Of a stretch of 64,000 nt of DNA, positions 30,231-39,267 are shown one piece after another. The notes beneath the pieces are model-generated. The model worked only from the letters and a program-made list of their open reading frames with translations, did not search any database and was not told the DNA's origin. The translations under genes and the position numbers were made by a program. Origin of the DNA: Nitrospirota bacterium (lineage in GTDB: Bacteria > Nitrospirota > UBA9217); the NCBI GenBank assembly GCA_963790205.1, contig CAWBNQ010000003.1:416001-480000 (forward strand). The letters are read 5' to 3'. Position 1 is the first letter of the stretch. Every line of letters begins with the position of its first letter.

Positions 30231-32990
30231 ATGGTCAGCATGATCGGCAGATTAACACAGGACGGCTGCGAAACGGACAATAAGGACAAGGTTTGCCGCG
30301 CCCGGGGAGGCGAGTCCTGCGCTTTTGACGGCGCCATGATCGTGCTCCAGCCCATAGCGGACACGGCGCACATCGTGCACGGCCCGATAGCCTGCTGCGG
30401 GAATTCCTGGGAAGGCCGGGGAACGCAGTCGTCAAAAGGCGGGCTTCACACCATGGGCTTTACCACGGACATGGGAGAGATCGATATTGTCTACGGCTCG
30501 GAAGAGAAACTGCTGAACGCCATCAAGCGAACGCATGAGGCGGTCAAGCCAAAGGCGATCTTCGTGTATACCACCTGCGTGAGCGGGCTTACGGGCGAGG
30601 ACATCGGCGCGGTCTGCAAGCGGGCCGAGAATGAGCTCACTATCCGGGTCATTCCCGTGAACGCGCCGGGGTTCGTGGGGCCGAAGAACCTTGGGAACAG
30701 GATCGCCGGGGAAGCGCTGCTCGAACACGTGATTGGGACCGGAGAATCGCCGGTCACGACGCATGCGGACATCAACCTGATCGGGGAATATAATATCGCC
30801 GGCGATCTCTGGCTCGTGGAGCCGCTTCTCGCCAGGGCCGGGATCCGGATCCTGTCGAAGATCACCGGGGACTCGACGTTCGAGGAGATCACCTGGGCGC
30901 ACCAGGCCAAGCTGAATGTGGTCGTCTGCAGCCGCGCGCTCATCAATGTGGCGAGGGAGATGGAGCGGAAGTACGGCATTCCCTACGTGGAGGTATCGTT
31001 CTTCGGCAGCACGGAGGTCGCAAAGGCCCTGCGGTCCATACGAGACGGTTTAAACCGTTTAAGCCGTTTGAACGGTTCAAACGGTTTGAACGATATCGAT
31101 CCGCTCATCCGAAGCGAGGAAAAGAAGCTGAAGGCGTCGCTCGAACCCTACAAATATTTGCGCGGCAAGAAAGCCGTGCTGTACACGGGCGGCGTCAAGA
31201 GCTGGTCCTTCATCTCCGCGCTGCGCGACCTGGGCATTGAGATCGTCGCCGTGGGCACGAAAAAAAGCACCATCGAAGATGAAGAAAAGATGAAGACGCT
31301 CCTCGGCCCCGATGCGCCGCTCGTGGAAGAGGTGACGCCGAAGGACCTGCTCCGGCTCTTAAAGGAACGGAACGCCGATATCCTCGTTGCCGGGGGGCGG
31401 AACCAGTACCTGGCGATCAAGGAAGGCTACCCTTTTGTGGACGTCAACCAGGAGCGGCATACTCCATATGCGGGATACCGGGGGCTCGTGAACCTGGCGG
31501 AGCAGATCGGCAATGGGTTTCGCTTCTACAAGAGAAACGAAATGATTGCGGAATGCACCCTGCACTCGCGCTATGCACTCGTAAGCGCGGGCGTGAACGG
31601 ATTGCGCCCTGCACTCGCGATGCCACTCGTTGACGCGGGGCGCAGGCGGAATGCGGATTTGCCCCTCACCCCAGCCCTCTCCCCCGCGGGGAGAGGGAGA
31701 AAACAATCCGAAATCGCCAATCCGAAGTCCTCAATTCTCATCAATCCGCTCAAGCATTCTCCGTCGATCGGCGCGGCGATCGTGTTTCAAGGCATCGACC
31801 GCGCGCTGCCGGTCATCCACGGCGCCCAGGGCTGCACGTTCCTCGGCAAGGTGCTCCTGACCAAGCATTTCCGCGAGCCCATCGCGCTCGCCACGAGCAA
31901 GCTCTTTGCGGAGGACGTGGTCATGGGGAGCGAAGAGAAGCTGACGCGGGCCATTGGCGGGTTCATCGAGAAGAACAACCCCGCTCTTGTCGGGGTCCTT
32001 ACCTCGGGCCTGTCGGAAGTGAAGGGGGATGATGTTGCAGCGGCGATAAAAGGGGTCAAGGGTCAAGGGTCCGGAGTCAGGGTGGTTCATGTACCGACTC
32101 CGGACTTCGACGGCGGGCTTGAGACAGGGTATGCAAGGGCGATAGAATCAGTCATCGAGTCGATAGTCGATGGTCATCAGTCGACTGCCGACCGTCGACC
32201 GCCGACTGCCGACAGGATGCTCACCGTGTTAGCCGGTTCGCACCTCACTCCGGCGGACGCTGGAGAGTTGAGGGAGCTCGTCGAGTCCTTCGGCATGAGA
32301 GCGGTCCTGCTCCCGGACCTGTCCGCTCTTGACGGAAGCAGGCAGTCTTTTTCTCCCCTTGCGTCAGGGGGGACGGGCTCGGCGGAACTTGCAGCCATGA
32401 CCGATGCCTCGTTCACGATATGCCTGGGCATGAGCATGGAGCCCGCGGCAAAGCTGCTCGACCGGAAGTTTGGCGTCGAATACCGGGTGTTCGACAGTAT
32501 TGCAGGCCTCTCGGATTCGGACAGTTTGATGCAAACACTGGCAATTGTGAGCGGGAAGCCCATGCCTTCAAGATATGAGCGGCAGCGGAAGGTCCTGGTG
32601 GACGCCATGCGGGATGCTCACTTTTATTTCGGAGGCAAAAAGATCTGTCTTGCTCTCGAGCCCGACCTCGCGGTCCAGACCTCGAAGTGGCTTGATGAAA
32701 TGGGGGCCTGTGTCGGGCTGGCGGTCATCCCCACGCTCTCGGACGCGGCGGACCGCATCCGCGCGCAGGAAGTGCGGATCGACGATCTGTTCTCCATCAC
32801 GGGAGAATTCGACGCGCTCATAGCGAACTCGCACGCGGAAAGCACGGCGCAGCGGCTCGGGGTGCCGCTTTACGAAATGGGGTTCCCGGTGTACAAGACG
32901 TTGGGATATACGTCGAAAGTCACGATCGGATACCGGGGGACGCTTACGATGATGCATGAGTTGGCGAATTTGATGATGAAAAAACATTGA
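30231..32990 (+). CDS. nifEN: Fused FeMo-cofactor scaffold NifEN
   Basis: NifE: CAFDGA, HGPIAC, YTTC, VVCSRA, YTGGVKSWS; NifN: NPLKHSP, HGAQGC, HFREPI; single open frame. Confidence 0.93.
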   Translation: MVSMIGRLTQDGCETDNKDKVCRARGGESCAFDGAMIVLQPIADTAHIVHGPIACCGNSWEGRGTQSSKGGLHTMGFTTDMGEIDIVYGSEEKLLNAIKRTHEAVKPKAIFVYTTCVSGLTGEDIGAVCKRAENELTIRVIPVNAPGFVGPKNLGNRIAGEALLEHVIGTGESPVTTHADINLIGEYNIAGDLWLVEPLLARAGIRILSKITGDSTFEEITWAHQAKLNVVVCSRALINVAREMERKYGIPYVEVSFFGSTEVAKALRSIRDGLNRLSRLNGSNGLNDIDPLIRSEEKKLKASLEPYKYLRGKKAVLYTGGVKSWSFISALRDLGIEIVAVGTKKSTIEDEEKMKTLLGPDAPLVEEVTPKDLLRLLKERNADILVAGGRNQYLAIKEGYPFVDVNQERHTPYAGYRGLVNLAEQIGNGFRFYKRNEMIAECTLHSRYALVSAGVNGLRPALAMPLVDAGRRRNADLPLTPALSPAGRGRKQSEIANPKSSILINPLKHSPSIGAAIVFQGIDRALPVIHGAQGCTFLGKVLLTKHFREPIALATSKLFAEDVVMGSEEKLTRAIGGFIEKNNPALVGVLTSGLSEVKGDDVAAAIKGVKGQGSGVRVVHVPTPDFDGGLETGYARAIESVIESIVDGHQSTADRRPPTADRMLTVLAGSHLTPADAGELRELVESFGMRAVLLPDLSALDGSRQSFSPLASGGTGSAELAAMTDASFTICLGMSMEPAAKLLDRKFGVEYRVFDSIAGLSDSDSLMQTLAIVSGKPMPSRYERQRKVLVDAMRDAHFYFGGKKICLALEPDLAVQTSKWLDEMGACVGLAVIPTLSDAADRIRAQEVRIDDLFSITGEFDALIANSHAESTAQRLGVPLYEMGFPVYKTLGYTSKVTIGYRGTLTMMHELANLMMKKH

Positions 32991-33000
32991 AGGACCGATT

Positions 33001-33095
33001 TACCCTCTCCAACCCCTCCCATCGAGGGAGGAGCTACGGACAAGGGCTTTGTTCAGTTCCCTCTCCCCTCGCGGGAGAGGGCGGAGGGTGAGGGG
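33001..33095. repeat. REP-like CCCTCTCCC..GGGAGAGGG doublet
   Basis: CCCTCTCCCCTCGCGGGAGAGGGCGGAGGGTGAGGGG; inverse relative inside nifEN at 31662-31698. Confidence 0.7.
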
Positions 33096-33112
33096 CAAAC
33101 AGGAGGTTGTTT

Positions 33113-33505
33113 ATGAAAGCCGCATTCGCTACGACAGACGGAAAACAGGTTGACGAACATTTCGGCAGGGCCGGCATGTTCGCGGTCTACGAGATAACGG
33201 AAACAGGCCATCGTTTCGTCGAGATGCGCAAGTTCGCCGAGGGCAGGGACATGGCCGTCGTGGACACGAAGGACAGGGGTTCGCTGCATGATGACGCGGT
33301 CCAGAACAAGGTTGACCGGCTGGCCGACTGCAAGCTCATTTATCTCACGGAGATCGGCGGGCCTTCTGCGGCGCGGCTGGTGAAAAAAGGCATCATGCCC
33401 ATGAAAGTGAAGGAAAGCATCTCTATCGAAAGCGCCCTCGATCAGCTTGGGGTGACGATCAGGCGGTCGCCTCCGCCGTGGCTTAAGAAGGCGATACAGA
33501 AATGA
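33113..33505 (+). CDS. nifX: NifX
   Basis: KAAFATTDGKQVDEHFG, IGGPSAA, PPPWLKKA; directly after nifEN. Confidence 0.9.
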   Translation: MKAAFATTDGKQVDEHFGRAGMFAVYEITETGHRFVEMRKFAEGRDMAVVDTKDRGSLHDDAVQNKVDRLADCKLIYLTEIGGPSAARLVKKGIMPMKVKESISIESALDQLGVTIRRSPPPWLKKAIQK

Positions 33506-33561
33506 GAAGTAGGAAGTAAGAAGTAAGAAAACGGAAAAGAGATTACAGGAGGAGACAAACC

Positions 33562-33879
33562 ATGAAGATGATCAGGGCATTTATTCGGCCGGAAAAGGAG
33601 CAGGAGGTGGTGCTGGCGCTCGAGGGCGCGGGTTTTCCGTCTCTTACGAAAGTGCCGGTGTTCGGAAGGGGAAAGCAAAAGGGCCTGACGGTCGGGCCGG
33701 TGCATTACGATGAGCTGCCCAAGGTGCTTATCATGACGGTCGTGAACGACAAGGACCTGGACAAGGTGATGAAGGTGATCCAGGACAAAGCGCGGACCGG
33801 GTTCATCGGAGACGGCAAAATCTTCATCAGCCCGGTCGAGAATGCCTACACCGTCAGGACCGGGGAAGCTGGGCTGTAA
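33562..33879 (+). CDS. nifI1: P-II family nitrogenase regulator NifI1
   Basis: IRPEK, VFGRGKQKG, YDELPK, GDGKIF, RTGE. Confidence 0.85.
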   Translation: MKMIRAFIRPEKEQEVVLALEGAGFPSLTKVPVFGRGKQKGLTVGPVHYDELPKVLIMTVVNDKDLDKVMKVIQDKARTGFIGDGKIFISPVENAYTVRTGEAGL

Positions 33880-33948
33880 AGTATCGGTTTAAACTGTTCG
33901 AGCAGTTTGAACGGTTTAAACGGTTATTCTTGTATTTGGAGGTCCATT

Positions 33949-34365
33949 ATGAAGGAAATTACCGCCATTATACGCCGGGACAAGCTCCCGGAAACGAAAA
34001 AGGCGCTCGACGAGCTCGGCTATCCGTCGCTCACGATCCAGAGCGTCGAAGGCCGCGGCAAGCAGAGGGGCGCCATGTGCGGCGAAATGGATTCGGAGAT
34101 GCCGGACAGCTATTGCATCACGGCAAAGCTGAAGCCAACGCCCTCGGTCTATGCTCTCGAGCATACGCTGCCGAAGGTCGCGCTCTTTGTGCCGAAGCGG
34201 CTGCTCACGATCGTCGTCCCCGACGACGTGGTCGCCACCGTCGTGAAGTCCCTTATCAGGGTGAACCAGACCGGCAAGGCCGGAGACGGCAAGATCTTCG
34301 TGTTGCCCATCGAGGGCGCGCTCCGCGTGAGGACCGGCGAGAAGAACGGCGAAGCGATTTCTTAG
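33949..34365 (+). CDS. nifI2: P-II family nitrogenase regulator NifI2
   Basis: MKEITAIIR, GRGKQ, long T-loop, VPKRLL, NQTGKAGDGKIF. Confidence 0.85.
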   Translation: MKEITAIIRRDKLPETKKALDELGYPSLTIQSVEGRGKQRGAMCGEMDSEMPDSYCITAKLKPTPSVYALEHTLPKVALFVPKRLLTIVVPDDVVATVVKSLIRVNQTGKAGDGKIFVLPIEGALRVRTGEKNGEAIS

Positions 34366-34462
34366 AGGACATGAAGTGCGAAGAGTGAAGAGTGAAAGGG
34401 TAAACGCCTGATGTTCTTTCGTTTCAAACTTCACCCTTCAAACTTTTTAAAACGGAGGCATC

Positions 34463-34741
34463 ATGCCGACAATCACCGGAACCACCCGGGGAGGCAAGCC
34501 CTGGACCCCGAGGTTCATCGAATCGATCGAAATACATAAATGCATCGGCTGCGGCCGCTGCTACAAGGTCTGCGGTTTCGACGTGCTCGAGCTGATCGAG
34601 AAACCGTTCGAGGGCGAGGACGAATACGGCGACGACATGGGCAACAAGGTCATGTCCGTCGCGCGGCCGGAGAACTGCATCGGCTGTGAAGCCTGCGCGC
34701 GCGCGTGCACCAAGAAATGCCACAAGCATGCGGCGGCGTAG
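34463..34741 (+). CDS. fdxB: nif-specific ferredoxin III
   Basis: TRGGKPWTP, CIGCGRCYKVC, acidic linker, CIGCEACARAC. Confidence 0.88.
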   Translation: MPTITGTTRGGKPWTPRFIESIEIHKCIGCGRCYKVCGFDVLELIEKPFEGEDEYGDDMGNKVMSVARPENCIGCEACARACTKKCHKHAAA

Positions 34742-34821
34742 CATGGGGTGAAGGTCGGGTCGAGGTCCAGGTTAATATCAGGTGAAGATTCTCAACCTCT
34801 ACCTGATCCACCTATTCTCTT

Positions 34822-35274
34822 ATGAACATCACCATCCGTCACGCGCGGCCGGGGGACATCCCTCGCATGAGCGATCTGCTGGCCGAACTCTTCACCATCG
34901 AGTCCGACTTTTTCCCGGACAAAGAGAAGCAGGCGCACGGCCTCAGTGCGCTTGTCGCCGATCCATCGGGAAGAACGCTTGTGCTCGTCGCGGTCAGCGA
35001 TATGACGGTCATCGGCATGGCAACGGTCCAGACGCTGATATCGACCGCCGAGGGCGGCAGGGTCGGCTTGATCGAGGATGTGATCGTTGACAGGAAGTTT
35101 CGCGGCAAGGGCGTCGGTACGCTCTTGCTGGAAGAGATCGTCGCCTGGAGCAGGAGAGGATGTCTGAAGCGCCTCCAGCTCCTTGCGGACCGCGATAATC
35201 AGCCGGCGCTGGATTTTTATTTGTCCCGGGGATGGGCCCCCACCCGCCTCATCAGCTTGCGAGAGATGCTCTGA
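34822..35274 (+). CDS. GNAT acetyltransferase
   Basis: IEDVIVDRKFRGKGVG, NQPALDFY. Confidence 0.9.
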   Translation: MNITIRHARPGDIPRMSDLLAELFTIESDFFPDKEKQAHGLSALVADPSGRTLVLVAVSDMTVIGMATVQTLISTAEGGRVGLIEDVIVDRKFRGKGVGTLLLEEIVAWSRRGCLKRLQLLADRDNQPALDFYLSRGWAPTRLISLREML

Positions 35275-35634
35275 GCCTTGTCATGAAGAAAGGCGACACC
35301 GGATAACGCCCTGCCTTATACCGCAATGAAGGCCCTGGTTCCAAACCGCGTTCTATAACTCTTTGTCGTCCTGTCCATTTCGAAATGCTGTTATAATATC
35401 TGTATTGCACCTGTTTTCGCTTGACAAGAACAGAGGAGGGAGTGAATAATATAATAGTTTAGAAGTTTCGCAACTAATAAACAGATGGGTCGGCGACATG
35501 GGGTTCCGGTGATCTCATGACCACGAGGAGCTTGTTTATCCGTTATCATCCGGACGCCTTTCGATAGTTCTTGCGAGCCACACTACTGCACCATGCGAAG
35601 CGGAGTAGTGAGCTTAATAACTTTGGAGGTGACT

Positions 35635-36141
35635 ATGAACAAGAATGGATTCTGGTCTCCCTATCTTGCCGGGGTCGGGCTCGGGCTTACGCTCCTGGCG
35701 TCGTTCGTCGTTGCGGGACAGGGACTCGGCGCGTCACGGGCGTTTACGGTGGTTGCGGGAACGGCACTCAAAGGGGTCCTTCCCGCGTATACGGCGACCC
35801 TTTCCTATCTGTCGAAGTACCTGGAATTATCCCCCTTCAGGGACTGGACCGTTGTTGAGGTGACCGGGCTTTTGATCGGAGCGCTGGCAGGGGTCCTTAT
35901 GACCCGCGGTTTCAAGGTCCGGGTGGACCGGGGGGCAGGCATGACCCTCGGGATGCGGGTGATAACGGCCTTCGGCGGCGGAATCATCCTCGGCTTCGCC
36001 AGCAGGCTTGCACGGGGCTGCACGAGCGGCGTTGCCTTGACCGGCGGCGCCCAGTTCGCCTTGTCGGGCTGGGTCTTCGTTATCGCCATGTTCGCGAGCG
36101 GATTTTTGTTCGCCGCTCTCTTCAGGAGGTTATGGTCATGA
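35635..36141 (+). CDS. YeeE/YedE sulfur-compound transporter, first half
   Basis: WSPYLAG, GLGAS, RLARGCTSG. Confidence 0.85.
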   Translation: MNKNGFWSPYLAGVGLGLTLLASFVVAGQGLGASRAFTVVAGTALKGVLPAYTATLSYLSKYLELSPFRDWTVVEVTGLLIGALAGVLMTRGFKVRVDRGAGMTLGMRVITAFGGGIILGFASRLARGCTSGVALTGGAQFALSGWVFVIAMFASGFLFAALFRRLWS

Positions 36142-36744
36142 GCGCACCCTTTATCCTGAGCAATACGGTCAATCTTATCGTGGCCGTGATCATGGGGCTG
36201 TTCTTCGGCTTCTTCCTCGAGCGGGGAGGACTGGGAAACCCGCACAAGCTCACGGGCGTCTTTTATCTGACCGATTTCGCCGTACCCAAGGCGATGTTCA
36301 CCGCGATCCTTGTGGCGGCCACGGGGCTCTGCCTGTTGTCGGACCTGAAGGTCCTGGACATGAGCAGGGTCTGGATCATACCCACATTCCTCTGGCCCCA
36401 GCTCGTCGGGGGAGCGCTGTTCGGGCTCGGCTATCTCATCAGCGGCTACTGTCCCGGTACGGCGGTAGCCGGCCTTGCCTCGGGCCGATTGGACGCGCTC
36501 GTCGCGATGATCGGCATCGGGAGCGGGACCCTGCTGTTCTCAATGTTCTACCCCCTGGCTCGAGGGGTTCTATAAAACAAGCGACATGGGAGCGGTGACG
36601 CTGCCGGACCTCCTGGGCATGAACCATTGGGTGCTGCTCGCCATTGTCTACGCGTTCGCGGGCCTCATGTTTTATGCGATGGAGCGGCACGAAAGAAGGG
36701 GCCTCCCCTCAGCATCGAAAAAGGCGCTGCACGCTGTTTCCTGA
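36138..36744 (+). pseudogene. YeeE/YedE second half with one frameshift (stop at 36575 as read)
   Basis: FGFFLERGG, GYCPGT; removing one C at 36551-36555 restores WLEGFY..MGAVTLPDLLG plus a TM segment to TGA 36744. Confidence 0.75.
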
Positions 36745-37142
36745 TCAACGAATGTCGCCTGCGGCCATTCTCATTGCAGCTCAGAGAACGATTTCTCCCT
36801 CCCTATTCCGGGTCACCCCTCCAAGGGCGCCCCGGGTTTTTTTTGCAGCGCTGCCCTCACCAGAAGCTTCCCTTGCAAAAGGGAGTAACCGGTGTTCGCA
36901 CCGACATGCAGAGCAGTTTTTGCTCCCTTAGTAACCGCGATGCAAGACAGGTTGATTCCGCCGCATGAAACCCCGGAGATGCCCAATTGACCGGGGGGAG
37001 CCGCCGAGCACATGGTTCTGCTGCACCAGTTCTCTCCGGACTGTCTCCCCTGAATGCCTCATAAATCGGCATTTGCCTTATCAACATACATCGGTTCTGT
37101 TTCCCTTCGTTTATAACCCCTTGTTTCTCCGCCGTGCCGGCC

Positions 37143-37158
37143 TGGCAATGATATTGCT
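37143..37158 (+). promoter_or_regulatory. sigma54 promoter of nifB operon
   Basis: TGGCAATGATATTGCT, 33 nt before ATG. Confidence 0.85.
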
Positions 37159-37191
37159 ATTATCATGAGCATGGACGCTTAAGGAGGAGAC

Positions 37192-38079
37192 ATGAACAAT
37201 CCAGCGCGAGTTAACAAAGAGTTCATCAAAGTGCACCCCTGTTTCACCGAGGAGGCACACCAAAAGTTCAGCAGGGCGCATCTCCCGGTCGCGCCCGGAT
37301 GCAATATCCAGTGCCGGTACTGCGTGCGGAAATTCGACTGTGCCAACGAGTCACGGCCCGGTATCACGAGCAGGGTCCTGACTCCGGACGAGGCTGTTGG
37401 CCGCACCCGGGCGCTCATCGAGCGGAGCGACCGTCTGAGCGTGATCGGCATCGCGGGCCCCGGCGACCCGCTCGTGAACGCTCCGACCTACGTTGTGCTG
37501 AGGCACATCAACTGGGAGTTCCCGGACCTTACGCTCTGCATTTCCACGAACGGGCTCCTCCTGTCGGACAGGCTGGCGCAGCTCATTGCGTCAGGCGTTC
37601 GAAGCCTGACCGTTACGATCAATGCCGTATCACCGGAGATTGCGGAAAAGATCTACTCGTGGATCATCTACCAGGGACGGCGATACACAGGCCGGGAGGC
37701 GGCGGAACTTCTTCTCGCGAACCAGTGGCAGGGTCTGGAGAAGGCGATCGAAGCGGGGCTCATCGTGAAGATCAATACCGTGTTCATCCCGGGCGTGAAT
37801 GACGGGGAAATACCGCTTATCGCGGAACGGGCTGGAAAATTGGGGGCCGACCTCATGAACATCCTGCCGCTCATCCCGCAGGCGGAATTCGAGCATTGTA
37901 AGAGACCTTCGCACGCGGACCTGGACAGGATGCGCGCGCAATGCAGGCCGTTCATCCGGCAGATGACGCATTGCAAACAGTGCCGGGCCGACGCCTGCGG
38001 CATCCTCGGCGAGGACAAGGACATGGAGCTCGAAGCGTTGATGAGCCGTATCGACGAGGAATACAGCGAAGCAGTGTAA
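37192..38079 (+). CDS. nifB: NifB, short radical-SAM-only form
   Basis: HPCF, HLPVAPGCNIQCRYC, ESRPG, AGPGDPL, CKQCRADA; no NifX-like tail. Confidence 0.9.
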   Translation: MNNPARVNKEFIKVHPCFTEEAHQKFSRAHLPVAPGCNIQCRYCVRKFDCANESRPGITSRVLTPDEAVGRTRALIERSDRLSVIGIAGPGDPLVNAPTYVVLRHINWEFPDLTLCISTNGLLLSDRLAQLIASGVRSLTVTINAVSPEIAEKIYSWIIYQGRRYTGREAAELLLANQWQGLEKAIEAGLIVKINTVFIPGVNDGEIPLIAERAGKLGADLMNILPLIPQAEFEHCKRPSHADLDRMRAQCRPFIRQMTHCKQCRADACGILGEDKDMELEALMSRIDEEYSEAV

Positions 38080-38139
38080 GCAAATGAAAATCCCTCACGA
38101 CCTCCCCTTTTCAAAGGGTGGCAAGGGGAGATTTAAAAA

Positions 38140-38886
38140 ATGGACACGCATCTAACTCAGACAGACCGCGAGCGGTATCGCCGACAGCTGATGCTCCGCG
38201 GTTTTACCCCGGACCACCAACGGTGGCTCAGGAATTCCACGGCCCTCGTCGCCGGCGTGGGAGGGCTGGGCGGGACCGCGGCACTTTATCTCGCCGCGGC
38301 GGGGATCGGCAGGCTGGTCCTCGCGCACGCGGGGAACCTTACGCTCTCGAACATGAACCGTCAGATCCTTATGAAGAACAGCCGGATCGGCAAGAGCAGG
38401 GTGGTTCAGGCGAAGAAGACCATCCGGGAAATTAACCCCGACGTGAATATCGAGATCTGCGACGAACGGATCACTGCCGGCAATGTTCAGGCGCTCCTTC
38501 GCACTGTGCAGATTGCGCTGTCCGCCCGCCCGAATTTTGCGGAAAGAAGGATCCTGAACAAGGCCTGTGTCGAGAAGGGCATTCCCATGGTTGAGGCGGC
38601 CATGAACGGGATGGAAGGATATATCTTTAATGTCATCCCGAAGGTTGCATCCTGCGTTCACTGCGTGTATCCCGAGGACGACCCCTCATGGGAGGAACTC
38701 GGATTTCCGGTGCTCGGCGCAGTATCGGGCATGCTCGGGTGCATAATGGCGCTGGAGGCCGTCAAATTGCTCACCGGGTACGGGAAGCCGCTCCTCTCGG
38801 AGATGCTGGTGTTCAATACGCTGGACATGGAATTTCGAAAGGTCAGAATCCCCCGGGACGAACTGTGCGAAGTATGCGGGACCTGA
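38140..38886 (+). CDS. hesA: HesA/MoeB/ThiF family protein
   Basis: ERYRRQ, GVGGLG, SNMNRQ, CVHC and CEVC. Confidence 0.8.
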   Translation: MDTHLTQTDRERYRRQLMLRGFTPDHQRWLRNSTALVAGVGGLGGTAALYLAAAGIGRLVLAHAGNLTLSNMNRQILMKNSRIGKSRVVQAKKTIREINPDVNIEICDERITAGNVQALLRTVQIALSARPNFAERRILNKACVEKGIPMVEAAMNGMEGYIFNVIPKVASCVHCVYPEDDPSWEELGFPVLGAVSGMLGCIMALEAVKLLTGYGKPLLSEMLVFNTLDMEFRKVRIPRDELCEVCGT

Positions 38887-38935
38887 GAGAAAGAGAGCCC
38901 CTGATCTCAGGAACCGAGGAAAGGAGGCGAAGATC

Positions 38936-39100
38936 ATGATGGCAACGGGAGTTTTTGTATTCGCGATAGTGACGTTTTACATATCCTTCCTGATCAACCG
39001 AACGAATGATTTCGACAAGGGGAAGCTTGCGACCTCTGTGACGCTGATCGCCAGGGGTTCTTTGCTGTACGGCCTGTATCTATCGAAGGGCATGCATTAG
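38936..39100 (+). CDS. 54-aa membrane protein not in the ORF track
   Basis: AAGGAGG RBS; MMATGVFVFAIVTFYISFLIN...LLYGLYLSKGMH. Confidence 0.55.
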   Translation: MMATGVFVFAIVTFYISFLINRTNDFDKGKLATSVTLIARGSLLYGLYLSKGMH

Positions 39101-39267
39101 CCTTCATCCCACGCCGGCGAACCCGGTCCGCCTTTCAAGGTTGTATTTTTAAACGGCCCTTGCTTGTCCGCTCGCGACAGAACGCGGCAGCTCTTTACAA
39201 CGCTATCCCCTGTGCTACACTTTAATCAGTGATACGCTCGCGGTCCGGCGCCGCGATGGAGGGAACC

